Source: Laetmonice hystrix
Taxonomy: Eukaryota
Direction of reading: 5' to 3'
Assembly (NCBI GenBank): GCA_965235115.1
Contig: OZ249447.1
Location: 8,122,001 to 8,186,000 of the forward strand
Length of the DNA: 64,000 nucleotides
Each line of letters opens with the position of its first letter. Position 1 is the first letter of the stretch. Below the pieces are notes generated by a model. That model had not been told where the DNA came from. It saw only the letters and a program-made list of their open reading frames with translations, and made no database searches. A program made the translations under genes and the position numbers. Positions 25,701-37,681 of the stretch are shown in pieces.

Positions 25701-28700
25701 CCGAGTGGCCGGCTCCAGTACCGCCTACACACAGACGTACCTGGTTAGGGGGCCGGCAGGTCGGGGTCAGGGACCGGTGGGACTGCCGGGCGGCAAGCCG
25801 AGTGGCCGGCTCCAGTACCGCCTACACACCGACGTACCTGGTTAGGGGGCCGGCAGGTCGGGGTCAGGGACCATCAAGGTGAGACTGCCGGGCGGCAAGC
25901 CGAGTGGCCGGCTCCAGTACCGCCTACACACAGACGTACCTGGTTAGGGGGCCAGCAGGTCGGGGTCAGGGACCATCAAGGTGAGACTGCCGGGGGGCAA
26001 GCCGAGTGGCCAGTACCGCCTACACACAGACGTGCCTGGTTAGGGGGCCGGCAGGTCAGGGTCAGGGACCATCGGCCTGTAGCAGGTGGCCGTATTCACT
26101 GCTCAATTTGACTGTATCGGGGGGAGGGGGGGCGGCGGCTGAGGCACTGGTAGGATGAGGCTTTTATCGCCAGAGACTGAGGCCAAAAGCTGAGACTGAG
26201 GCTAGGCCAGGAGGAGAAGCAGCTGAGATGAGGCTGAGATGAGGCACGGATGAGGCCCAGGCTGCACTAAGCCTGAGACTGAATGAACGGCAGTGCAATC
26301 GGCCTTGTCTTCAAAACTGACGATATTTAATGGGTCTGCTGCATGAAACCTAATTAAATGTGTTAAATTAATGCCAGTTATTGTCATACCAAGTGAAACA
26401 GACCTGTTATTGTAATCTCAAACGGTGCCAGATGACTTTCAGTCAAAACGTCACCACATAACTTCTGTAACACCGACTCAACTGTTACAATTAACATCAT
26501 TTGACAAAGCATACTCATCAGACATGGAAAATTAACATCTTAAAATAAAACCAGCAAATGTCAGAAGACGAAACTTCATCCAGGCAACTGCCAAATATAG
26601 TTACTCGCCAGCTGCACCAACTTGCACCTGGAATGTGTCAATGACTTCGTCATACTGCCATCCCGACCCAAGTCCTTTCACTGGTTCATGTACTAGGACA
26701 GTGTATGCTCGTTTTCTAATCAGTAATATAACAAGACCCTGTCAGAGCCAAAACCCCCACCTGGGTATAGGGACTCACTAATTATCTCTGGTCTATGAAC
26801 TATGTGTATACTTTGTATTTTTGAGATCCAGTTCATGTGAGAACATAGATACGTCCCGTAATTTCATGTGACACATTTACTAATCTGTCAGGAATAAATT
26901 ACTGGTGACCTTGGATATTCTTGGACATTCACGAATCTGGTGATAATATTAGTTTTTAGCCCCTTCTCCTAATTCTCCGAGTTGTACATTTCTCCTAATT
27001 CTCCGAGTTGTACATACCCGTGTCCTCATCCTACTTGAGAACGTTACAATGAACTCTGCATTCTAAATGGGCAATTCCTCCACCCACCACTAGTTTATGA
27101 CTTTGAAATGGTGCCTTCCCCACATGTTTACGATAACAGGTCAACATCTAACTGAGTCAGCAATACAAACATAAAACATCCAGAAGTAATATTGTTTTCC
27201 TCCAATCCTGTCGGTGAACATCAAACAGTATCAATACAAATCCATTCCGAAAGGTCACAGGTCATCATCACACTTGAGGACAATGACCTCACACACCCAC
27301 CCACCCACCCCACACCCACCCACCCCCACAGGACAACGTCCGACCACTGCCATTGTCCGGTAGTTAAATGATTATAGCGGTAATCTGGTCGATCCCCGCC
27401 TGCCTGGTATATCTCAAGGTAAATCTTGATTGATATCTCCCCATTAAGTCTTCCTGTCTACCTGGGACGCTGTACCGAACAGCGTCGGCCCTGATCAAGA
27501 TGTGCTATTTGATGACACAACCATGTATTCCTACTGCTATCTTACACACGCTTGGTAAGGGCCAAACAGAAGGACTGAATATCACTCTAAACCTGTGAGT
27601 AGTATAGAGAAATGTTCCCGGCTAGAGTTCAGCTAATTTGGAGAGTTAGCATTGATCGACATATTAGTACGTGTTTGGTTCACATGAGGGCGTACATCTT
27701 TTACAGACGCGAGGGGTAAATAAAATCAGTCCCTGGTCGCGCAGCAAGGAGTTAGCTGGGGAGACAAGTGGTTCCATCTGTGTGCCAGCATACCAAACTA
27801 AGTGACCAGCGTACCCAGGATGAGGGACGGCTAACTCCCATAGTGGCCACCAGGACCGTTACCATAGCTTCCAGAAAGAATGCAATGCTCGACTAGAGGT
27901 TAATTCACTGACCCTAGTAAACAATTGGACTATTACTATTGGTGTTTTCATTATGATACGTCTGTTTATTTTTGTATAGAAAAGCGCACGGTTGAGAGCA
28001 CATGGTATATTACTGGGTGACTGGGTCCGGGTAAAGGATCAATCCTCCACACAGTGATTCTGCCCCATCTCTGCCCGGGTTCATCACATTAATGTGCATC
28101 CTTTCTTCTTCCGAGCTCCTATTTAGATTTACTCGATACATCAGAACCCAGGGCCAAAGTTAAGATTTTCAAACGCAAACCCCACCGAAACATTCCTCAT
28201 TGCGCAAAGACTTCTGACGACGTCAATGAGACATGGACAGAGACACAGAGTGAGACTGAGACTCCAAGAAACCTATACCAAGAGACAGAGCTGTTGATAT
28301 CTTCATGGCCTTCACCGCCTCCCACCACCACGCCGAGTGTTTCTGTGCTGTCAGAGAGCCACAACATCCATACCATCTATCAGTGACGTACAATCTGTAC
28401 CGACAACAAGCACTTTCCGCCCGCCAGCCACCACTGCTGGCAGCCGTGGAATGCTGCCACTGACAGGCGCCACATAGCTCCGTGGCGTATTTCTCTATCC
28501 TTCCATTGTTATACCTCTGTCTTGGTGCTCTGAATGCCAGATGCTCTCAACACAAAGCACCACCCTTTAATCACAAGATTCGATTAGTACGTAAATTACT
28601 TACAATTCGCGCCGCCCCCTCCCCCTCCCTGCCATCCATTCAAGGCATTTCCAACTATACAAAAGCCGACACTACAATGATTGCTGTTATCCGCACTCGG

Positions 28701-31700
28701 TGGCATTCAGGAGCAGAGTGTTCCACTGAGCGGTGACTGAATCTCCTTAAGGATAAACAGTCAAACTGTATAAACATCTCAACGGTCCGTCCCTCAGGAG
28801 TCAAATTGTTACTGCTCTAGGAAACGTTACGTCCCCACCCCCTTACTCTGCTAGCAGCAGGGGTGGGGGTTGAAGTTATCAAATCATTTGATTATCCTAA
28901 GCTGATTGGCCAAGAAGATTGATTTTGTTTCATAACCTCATGCAGTAGAAGTTCTCCTAACTACAATGTTAGGGAGATTTAGATGTAACCTTCAGATTTA
29001 GGGGGCAACTGACCAATTACCCTTGCTGTATCGAAGCCTACGTCTGGTCTGTTGTTCATAGCCCTGTGCATTACGTGAAGAATGACTGGTGATTTGAAGT
29101 AGGTCAGGGTCGGTTTTCACCCAGGTAGAATGCGAGAACATACCGTGATACGGATGTATACATCGACGAGGCCATAACATATAAACATATCCCTGCACGG
29201 CTATTGAGGATAGCATTCAAGACAGACTGCCTTCTTGCTGCTGACCTACCCCCCTCCCCCCTCCCGCTCCAAAGTCGATTATTTTAAAAGACCTATGCAT
29301 CTTTAACTATCAAAGGACATTTCAGTTGGTAGCTGCACGGACCGTCTGTTGCTGTGGGGGTCGCGAGGGGACGTAGGCCTGCAACTGTTCGTCACACATT
29401 ATGGATGAGGCCCGAATGAGTTGTTCATGTATAATACTTCAACTCGATCGTCACTGTCTCCCCTCAAGTGTCCAGTGGCGGCCGTCCGGCCTGCCGTGAT
29501 GGTCGGCGGAGGGCCCAGCCGCCGCCCGCCCGCCACCCAGCCAAGTCAAGGCCACTGCATCCAATTGATCAATTTCATCTGCTCTGCATCAAGGCGCCAT
29601 CCTCATTACCGAAACGGCCTGGTCTTAAAATAGTCCGGGCTGAGGACTAAATACGCTGTCCGGTTATTGCTAAACACTCACCATTATGTCAGTGACACTG
29701 CACTGCCGGCTTGGTACTAATCCCGATACTGAGGATCATCACGTGCCTCTGTCTCTGGTTAACTGACAGGTTGGAACATAAATAATCCGAACATCTACAG
29801 ACACGAACGGGACAAGGATATTGTGTCTGTATATATAATACTAGTGAATCAACTGGTACATATCCTGCCAAAGTTTGAGGAATCTGTCTTCTTGATTCTC
29901 TCAGGACACGATCCATTTCAAATCACCCTGACACTGCCCTCTGGTGGTGAAATAAGAAAATAATGGACACATCTTAAACTCTAAGTTACAATATTTTATT
30001 CATATCAGAGACCAGTTGCCATGATCTACATTTTTTATTTTCATAGATTCTAGGCAACATTTAGCCTTATAGCAAGAAGTACATTTGCTTGACCACTGTT
30101 GATTTTATGGCGATGGTGTGAGCAAACCCTCGGTAATTCTCTAGTTCTCTACTCCCAATGAACCCCATCAAATCTAGGTTTTAGAGCAATCAGTTTGCAG
30201 TCATTTGGGCGGCCAGGTAAAGACAGGCACACCTGGCAGGCTGTAGGATAGCTGGCAGCCAGTACTGGTTAGATTGATCCTGGATCGAACCACATTATCA
30301 AGGTCATCATCCCCCTCCAAGTCATGCCCCTCCCCCCTTCTCAAACAAACCAACTTATCCCACCACAACTAGCTCTCTTATAGCCATTACCATAGATCTG
30401 TTTTCACTGCCAGATAGGCCAATACGCAAATCTATACAAAATATAATTCCTCGTTACCTACCCTTATCTATAACCAATTACTAGTGGCAACCTGATAAGT
30501 CTGAACTTGATATCAGAAATTTCAAGTCTCAACAAATATTTATTTCGCATCACTTCCATGTGAAGACAGTATTCAAATCGTATGAATTCACATTATTTTT
30601 CTTTATCCTGAAAATCTGCTATAAAAAAAATAATAATTAAAAAAAAACATCAGTGCTGCAAACAAAAAAATTCTCCAATGTGTATGATCAGACAAAGTTC
30701 TACCGGGGTATGTGTGTATTGTATATTATCAATAAACTGAAATCCAATTCAACTGAACAGTCAATAGTTAAGGGCAACCATCTGCTTCATTCAGCAAATA
30801 ATCTTATCAGGTCAAATGATATTTTCTGTGCATATCAGATTAATATTAATAGACATTAAATAGGTCTACAGGCAGATGTACACGGTATTATACTGAAGTT
30901 ATGAGCTCATGTGATCGACAACTGTTGTCCTGTAATATACATTCACACCATGCAGATTTACAAGTCGTTCCAAGGTCCAATCAGGCACTTTGCACTAGTC
31001 TTATTTCAGCAGATGAAGTATCTTAATTAATAACATATAATACGAGTATGATTACAATTAATGCCACTTATGATGCTGCATCTGCTCCCATATTAAAAAT
31101 TCTAGCACCAATACTGCTTCAGTATTATTGTCATGCAACTGAGTCCTGGCAAAGAAGAGCAGGACAAATTAAATTCCTCTGCTCTTAGCTGGACATTGTA
31201 TAATTAATTATTCTACACAATTTCCTATAAATTTAAGAAATCTAACCCCTAACCAAAAGGGTCTATATTTTTCCAATAACTCAGTCTGATTTTAGCTTTC
31301 AGCATGCATCAAGAATTCACAAATCTTTAACTTAGGTGAAGCTTCACCATCAAATATTAATTTCTGTGTGCTGTACACTAGTTAGATCAATAAGAACTAC
31401 CGGGGGTATGCCAACACAAAAAGGGTCAATCACTAGGGAAGTGTGAGTAAAGATTCATCATAATTAAAAATATATAATGATCATTTTGTGGAAAGATGTA
31501 GATTGTCAAATGTATCTGTAGTTATACAAAATTTGCCATTAGGCAGAATTTAGGCAGAAACTCCATTAGAAAATAATAATTAATATGGCTTGATATTAAT
31601 ATAGATTACTGCAATTCCAACAAGAAGATGACAACCGTCAACTGGTACATTTTCAGTATTTTTGTGTGAGCTTCTTGTTGAGTCAAGATTAGTCCTCTCA

Positions 31701-34129
31701 AGTCTCAAGATAATGCCTATAAGCATTTTTTTGATCCACAATAAATATTCCAAGGTCAACACTACTGACCAAGCAATGATAACTGAACCAAATTAATGAA
31801 TACAATCAATGTTAAAATATGTAAATCTCATCTGGTACTGGTTTGTTATCAGTTCTAATGTTATAATTGACATCCCTATACTCTTGAGGAATAACACATA
31901 ATATAATAGGAAGCATCATTCCTGCAGCATTGCAGCAGCATATTGTAGTTGTGATCAGGTAATCAATAGGGTGCCTGCATAACAACATGTCCATGGCATC
32001 TTCACTTAACCTTCTGGCTAGTGATTCTGGAGTCATGCACGGTCAATGCCAGTCTAATGACCAAACCTGATTAATATTCTCTCAAGTGTTGTATATTGGT
32101 AAACTGGGCAATGACTCCACAGATCAGACACACTTCCTAACAGTAACATGCCATGTCATATCATAAACTGCTATTGTGGGACTTTGTGAAAGATCATTTC
32201 TAAATCTATTTTTAGTTGCCTTTGGCCTACTATGTGCCCCTCTCTAGGTCCTTAAAAACTCTGCCCCCCTCCACCTCTTTGCCCAGCATTAAAAGACTTA
32301 TGTGCCATCCCGGGTGATCCCCCCTATGGGGTGCCACACTAGCTCTGGCACCTTTCAGTTACCTAAATCAGCACTAGGTGTCAGCAGTAGGGCAAAAAGC
32401 ACTACAGTGGCTATAGTAGGCATTAGTAGCTGAATACCTTTACTACAATGATAAACTTGTTAAACAGTATGAAAGCTCATTGATGATCCCCTCCCCCCTA
32501 TAAAATTTTACCCTGCCCATTTCAAGTTAAAGACTCATCTGAAAAGATTGAAATGGATTCAAGTCAAAACTGCAACTGGATGGATCTTGGGTTTGGTCTT
32601 AACCTTTGGCCGTTTTTTTTTGGTTAAACATGTACTGCTCAGCTGTTAGTATTATAAGTGTGTAAACATCAGTGAAAACAGTACATGGTGAATCTTGCAT
32701 CATTAGCCTATGATTAGGATTTTGAGGGCTGTAATATGTCATCACTACACTGAATAGTGCTGGCTGGTCTCCATTGTAAGTAGTGGACTCTGTTGTAAGT
32801 AGTATACATAAAGTGACATTTGTGTCAGGCTAATGTTGTGCCTAGTCATACACATATTTTGTTCAAATGAAATTAGACAAATGAAATAACACCGTTTTCA
32901 TGTGAAGTTAAGGTATATCACACACAATACAGAGACAGTTCTATCGATATGTCTGACTCCCTCACTCCCAACACTGACAAAATGTCGCTAGATCTCCATC
33001 CCAAAAAAATCTGCAATAGACAGGAATTCCACTCTAGTCTAGATTTGGAATTTCCTGGCAGCTTTGATTTTTTTAAAAGTATTATTTAGAATTATACAAT
33101 GTATACTGTTTACGAGATAATACCAATATCATACAATTATATTGGTATAAATATAATACTATTTTAGTGATATCAATTTGTTACAACCCTCCTCATTGTG
33201 CTATGATATAGGGGGGCCTAATCAAATCCAGAATACACAAAAAAATCAAGATAATAATTCTCTAAGGGATCTCTCCCCATTTAAAAACTGAATCAAGATT
33301 CACCTTAAACTGCCAAAACCAGGACTTATCTTCCACTTACCTGACATGCATTGTACAGGATTTGATGTTCGTACTTCTTCACTTCAAGGATGTTCTGAAA
33401 CATCTCATACAACTGCTCCTTACTAAGGATCAGTTCAGACGTTGCAGTGGACATTCGTTGTGACTGCTTGCGTGGGTCTTCCTCTCCACGAAAAATCTGG
33501 TCGAATTTTGTCATCCATGAACTGAGAACAGTTTCCTTACTTAGTCCATCAATTTCTGGGAGATTTCGCACACGTTTCTCTATGTTGTTCTTGAACACCT
33601 CTCTAAAATCATTTGCTGAACATCCCCCACTTCGCACCATGTTGGTAACCCTGTCACTCTTCAGAAACACTTCATAGTAGCTCTGAACTGCATTCGTGAA
33701 AGCTTCGTCTGCAACAATATTTGTTTCTCCATTCAAGAAGGCATGGAATCGTTCTTTGATGGTTTGCAGTTGTTGCCTGCTTATTTTTGTCTGCCTTCGG
33801 GCCATGTCCGTCGGCTGCTTGGCATTGAACGGGTAGGCAATGCATCTCAGAACGAAAACGTAAAGTTGCAACCGTTTCTTTCTTTCCTCTTCCTCTCTTT
33901 CGATGCGATCAATGTCTTCTTTTTCACGCTCGGACACAAGCGAGGGGCTAGGACTGGAGGGCCGGGCACTGTTGGATCTTGACAGATGACTTCCCCCAGC
34001 CACACTCAAGTTGTCCCCGCTAGCTGAGAGACTCCTCTGGTCTGCGCTCGGCAGACTTAAAACGTCCGAATTTTCATCTTCTACGGTTTCATTCTCCGAT
34101 TCCTCTTCGCTCGATGACGGATCTATCAT
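1647..34129 (-). CDS. CADPS: Calcium-dependent secretion activator (CAPS/UNC-31), 5' part; coding exons 33341-34129, 7174-7254, 4688-4851, 1647-1752; gene continues left of the window
   Basis: The four exons have GT-AG ends and compatible phases (0,0,2). They join to 380 aa: [10 protein letters not shown]...[24 protein letters not shown]...NACQ|[18 protein letters not shown]...|[39 protein letters not shown]...|...[12 protein letters not shown]. This is colinear with vertebrate CADPS as recalled ([40 protein letters not shown]). Confidence 0.97.
1789..1847. repeat. (CCT)n microsatellite, about 20 units
   Basis: Direct reading. Confidence 0.98.
3919..4176. repeat. Degenerate tandem repeat built on TTCCTGATTTTCA with 22-31 bp spacing, about 10 units
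   Basis: Core motif recurs with two alternating linkers (TGTGCTAGAGAGTTCACT / AGTAACTTCACT). Confidence 0.85.
4688..4851 (-). CDS. CADPS: CADPS coding exon 3 ([54 protein letters not shown])
   Basis: 164 nt; acceptor tctttcccccaacag, donor AG|gtaagt; phase 0-2. Confidence 0.95.
7174..7254 (-). CDS. CADPS: CADPS coding exon 2 ([27 protein letters not shown])
   Basis: 81 nt, phase 0-0; acceptor ttctgtgtttgtag, donor AAG|gtaggc. Not present in the ORF track in this frame. Confidence 0.95.
7713..7988 (+). mobile_element. Non-autonomous Helitron/Helentron-type (HINE-like) element
   Basis: AGGTTAT...(GTCT)n microsatellite near the 5' end, and 3' end TTGGCGGAGGTATGTGCTCT...AGTT. This matches the layout I recall for widespread aquatic-animal HINE-like repeats; the 5' sub-TIR is decayed. 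Confidence 0.55.
8541..8690. repeat. About 54-bp tandem repeat, about 3 copies
   Basis: GCAGTTCTCTCAG at 8541, 8595 and 8648. Confidence 0.9.
10699..10896. other. Assembly gap (198 N)
   Basis: N run. Confidence 1.
10903..11240. repeat. 109-bp tandem repeat, 3 copies, abutting the gap
   Basis: GGTTATGAAT at 10922, 11031 and 11140. Confidence 0.95.
11742..11915. mobile_element. Fold-back MITE, PIF/Harbinger-like
   Basis: Perfect 13-bp inverted ends CCGGTTTTTAGTT (11742-11754) / AACTAAAAACCGG (11899-11911), extended to about 55 bp imperfectly with CTTAAGACT sub-repeats. Right end is CCGGGGCC; no clear TSD. Confidence 0.7.
13767..14961. repeat. 44-bp minisatellite, about 27 copies (GTGACTATGTGCTGACCAGGACCGAGAAGATGGTGCCGGGTGCG)
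   Basis: Direct reading; several variant positions. Confidence 0.98.
16120..16390 (-). mobile_element. Highly decayed non-LTR retrotransposon reverse-transcriptase fragment
   Basis: Minus-strand GVR (16375-16383), YADH (16261-16272; cf. YADD), QGILD and EKTSVM (16122-16139; cf. KTKVM) occur in the right order with plausible spacing. Stops and frameshifts are present. Confidence 0.4.
17003..17058. repeat. (GGT)n microsatellite plus G run
   Basis: Direct reading. Confidence 0.95.
19076..19154. repeat. (CTG)n/(CTGG) compound microsatellite running into a gap
   Basis: Direct reading. Confidence 0.95.
19155..19361. other. Assembly gap (207 N)
   Basis: N run. Confidence 1.
22119..22818. repeat. 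50-bp minisatellite, about 14 copies (GGCAGTGAGTTGATATGGTGGTGATCTAGGCCTGTGATATCTACGTCCAT)
   Basis: Direct reading; a few indel and substitution variants in the right half. Confidence 0.98.
23708..23847. other. Assembly gap (140 N)
   Basis: N run flanked by GA-rich sequence. Confidence 1.
24570..24728. repeat. 26-bp minisatellite, about 6 copies (GACCTGCATGTCTACTACATCAGGCT)
   Basis: Direct reading. Confidence 0.97.
25581..26073. repeat. GC/CpG-rich 97-102-bp tandem repeat, 5 copies
   Basis: G(G/A)GACTGCCGGG at 25585, 25682, 25779, 25881 and 25983. Confidence 0.96.
33341..34129 (-). CDS. CADPS: CADPS coding exon 1 (263 codons)
   Basis: ATG at 34127-34129; ends CAG|GTAAGT at 33341/33340; matches the 267-aa track ORF minus its intronic tail VSGR. 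Confidence 0.97.
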
Positions 34130-34846
34130 CTTGGTAGCTAAATCTCAATTTCTAATCACCGATCAAGTAAACGGTTACAAATCTAAATACTATATGCAAC
34201 AAAATTGGTGAATCGTCTAATGTTAGCCTCACAGGGATGAAAACATAATTGGGTTTGTAACGCGCATGCGCGCATGATCCTCGAAAGTCATCGTTTGATT
34301 CGTAGGTGATAAAATGACTTTAAAGCCATATTAATATATTTCTCAGATATATGAAGTAGAAATGATATACATCTTTAAATAACAAAGTAGCTTCTCTAGA
34401 GTTGTGTAAAATCACAGACCTACGAGAACATGCCCATGTTGACGCATGCGTAGCTTGGGAGAGCTCCGTGTTTTGCAAATTTTGAACCCCACTTCCTTCA
34501 AATGTCAATGGCCGCCATTTTGGAAATGCAATGGAGGACAGAAGATAATACTTATCGATGGATGTTTTCCTGATTTTCAAACTGTGTCACCCTCTATACA
34601 TCGTAAAACTTGATTGCATACAACTAAGACATGTCCGTGGCAATGTAGTAAATGATTAAAATCGAGGACCGTCCCCGAATTGACACCAAGGAGGGACTGT
34701 AAACATTGGACACCATACGCAGTTTTGTGGATACCCGCGATATCGTCCATCTTGTTTTGCTGTGGAGACTTCATAACAGTCCATAAAGTGTGACTCTGTG
34801 TGGCGCTTTATCATCTTATTGTCACCGGCGGAGGAACCTAAGTCGG
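34130..34846. promoter_or_regulatory. Candidate bidirectional promoter / 5' UTRs between CADPS and KMT2E
   Basis: NRF1-type palindrome CGCGCATGCGCG at 34261-34272, ACGCATGCGT at 34442-34451, YY1-type GCCGCCATTTTG at 34511-34522, and a plus-strand donor CGG|GTAAGT at 34846/34847 as the likely end of a non-coding KMT2E first exon. TSSs not determinable. Confidence 0.55.
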
Positions 34847-37294
34847 GTAAGTTGTCTCTTTTTTATTTTAAGGTTAAATATGGGTGTCTGTATGTTGGGT
34901 GTCGCTGTCGTCAACGTGTCGTAAACACAGGCACGTTTGACAGTCGAAACGAAACCCCTCCATCATTGGCTTGCCTATCCTGCTCGTCATTTTCTGTTAA
35001 AATCCTGTTGCTAACATCAAAAACTAAATGAACATACGTGTGACAACTGACGTAGGCTCTTAATAGTTAGTAGAAGGTCACATATGTTTATTTTAAAGGG
35101 AATTTAAAGCTGTAAAAATTAATTAAATCGACGCGGATTCGGAGAGTTGTTGCCAATGTTGGCCGGTACGTCACATTATCGCCACTCCCACGTATTCTTC
35201 TGACAGATACTGTTCAACAAAGACGTTATGTCAGTTGATAATATTGTATTGGAATACCTGCATAATTACATTATGAGCTTAACACTGTCGAATATAGAAG
35301 CTTCATGACATAAACTTGGCGGCTGGAGCTATCAACGACGAATTTCGAATTTAACATGCCTGTCGGTACGCCATCTTGGCACGTTTATTTTCATAATTTT
35401 TTAAGGATGAACATCGCCCAACATTCCAAATTCCACCATATATTGAGAGATAATTCCATTTAAAAGTCCTGTCATGTAGAAATAAGAGTTGAATGCCTTA
35501 TGATCTGACTAGCAGTATTGTCAGAAATGAGAAGGTGAGAGTCTAAAGAATGATTCTATCTAGAAGATGTTGGCAAGGGACTGGTTCAGAAATCCACATC
35601 CAAGATGTCTGCTGTGCTCATGGCATGTACTTGTGCCTCCCTTATTACACTAACAGTCCATGCAGGGTATCACCTCATTGCCATTTGAACGTTTTACTTG
35701 AGTTGCCTCACTGACAACTACTGAAGGAAATGAGCAGCTGGTCATTTTTTTCTGAATTAAAAAAAAGAAAGTAAAACCGTGACGACCACATCAATACACT
35801 ATCTGTAATTTCGACAATTTAAAATTAACAAGGACATCCAGTATGCACATGAGATTGTCATCTGGGGAGTTTGTTTTTTCCCCCCATCTTTTTATATATA
35901 TTTTGCTTATAAATCTGTGATGCATAAATAAATGGCAATTCATGTCATTTCCACAAAATATTAAAGATCAACACTTTAAAACAACAAAACAAAACAGAAA
36001 TTTATAGTGTCCTTTCTGGTCGAATATGGACATTTGGCAACAAGTGTGGGGTGCCATAGCAGGCCTTCAAAAATGGGTGGTAATCTCATTGCCATCTTTC
36101 AATGGACATAAAATATAATGATCAGAGCCGGCCGGTGCAAATCGCCCGTCTGGCAGTCAAGACAAGTCCCGTTTTCACTGTCCATCAACTTCATGTGCAG
36201 TGGTCAACTAAGTCTACTGCCCCAACAGGTAGAAATAAACATGGGACTACCGGGGGTAGTAAAGATTTTGGCCCCCAGCATTGAGGCTAGAAATAAGTTA
36301 AAAGTAAAACTGATGACACTGGGCTACAGGCACGCTCAACCTCGACTGACATCAGCTCGTACTCAGGTCAGCACTGGCTCAGTCACTTGGCTGGGCAGGG
36401 ACCACGACGGACACTTTAACTTCTATCATTCAAGATCACACAATCGTCGAATTTCCCATTTGAAACAGAATTTCCAGTGTGGAAGTGGAAAAAGGGCATT
36501 TTTAGGCCGACCACAAATTACAGCCACATGTATCTCCATCTCCAGCCACTCTAGTTCTTGCCTACCGTCTCTTCACTGCCCATACCTACCTCTGGCCAAG
36601 ACCACAGTGTTCGAAATAAGGAAAAAATTAGGTTGCCCAGCAACCTACAGAACAAATCAGGTTGCCCGCCAAAATTTGACTGGGGCATGAGAGATTGGTT
36701 TCCTGGTGGTACATTGTGATTGAAGGATGAGTCAGGTGTGCTAGGTCATGGGAAGAGGCGAAGATAGATGTCATGTCTGTCAAAATTATGTGAATCTCAC
36801 TTACACTATTTTTAGATACAAAGTTCCCAATAGTTTAATGGTGGAATGAGATCATCTCTCTTGTGGCAGCATCAAAAGGTTTCCAGCCATGAAAATCTGC
36901 AGGTCATAAAAATTTAAGTTGAAACTTTCCTTAAAAGCCTGAAATTTCACTGGTGATGAAATTTTGGGCTTTGTTTATGCCCTCCATCTTTGATTAGATC
37001 ACTCACAGCTAAGCTCTGCACGAGCAAGGACAACAAATGACAGTATATTTAGCAAAGTAAATTTGAGGTGTTGGTGGCGGGCAGTCAGATTTGTCATGAA
37101 TTTGATTCCCCTAAGTCAGTTACTGTCAGTGACCGCCAATCTTCCAATAAGTAGTGGAACAGGCCCCTTGACATCCTTTTTTTCCCTCACAGAGTTGAGT
37201 TTGCTCTAGAACTTTCAGTTTGAACTGGTTTGTCACTCAGCTAAACAATCTAAAACTGCTGCAGTGGAGATGTCTTCTGGGTGTTCTCACAACT

Positions 37295-37681
37295 CAGTGT
37301 TCTCCACACATACAAAGTACACAGGCGGCCCACCGGTGTACTTTTGTCTCCGGCCGGTGTACTGAGTGCCCAAAGTGACCCGCCGCCCGGTGTCCATTTT
37401 CACCGAGCATCCATGCTGCGCTATGATTTATTTACCCAAACAACTGATTTTTACCGTAATTGAGCTGCTGCTGACTCTGTGCACATGGACCAGTCCGTCA
37501 GTTGACAGACACCTGTCTGCAGTAACACAGTCAAATTGTTCAAAGTGTCCTTAGATTGAATCTTTTACCCACAAAAAACCCCTGGGAATCCAGGCTGCCC
37601 CTGGACCCCCCACACGCCCCCACACGCCCCCACACCCCTGGCTCACTGCCGGTGTGACATTTCATCCTGTGGAGAATACTG
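37295..37681. mobile_element. hAT-like MITE
   Basis: 14-bp TIRs CAGTGTTCTCCACA / TGTGGAGAATACTG (1 mismatch) and internal CCGGTGT repeats; no TSD retained. Confidence 0.6.

Noticed and set aside
36118-36690. 190-aa plus-strand ORF (also 6498-6884, 11177-11641, 40442-40925)
   Set aside because: No recognisable domain or coding-like composition; they overlap intronic or repeat-like sequence.
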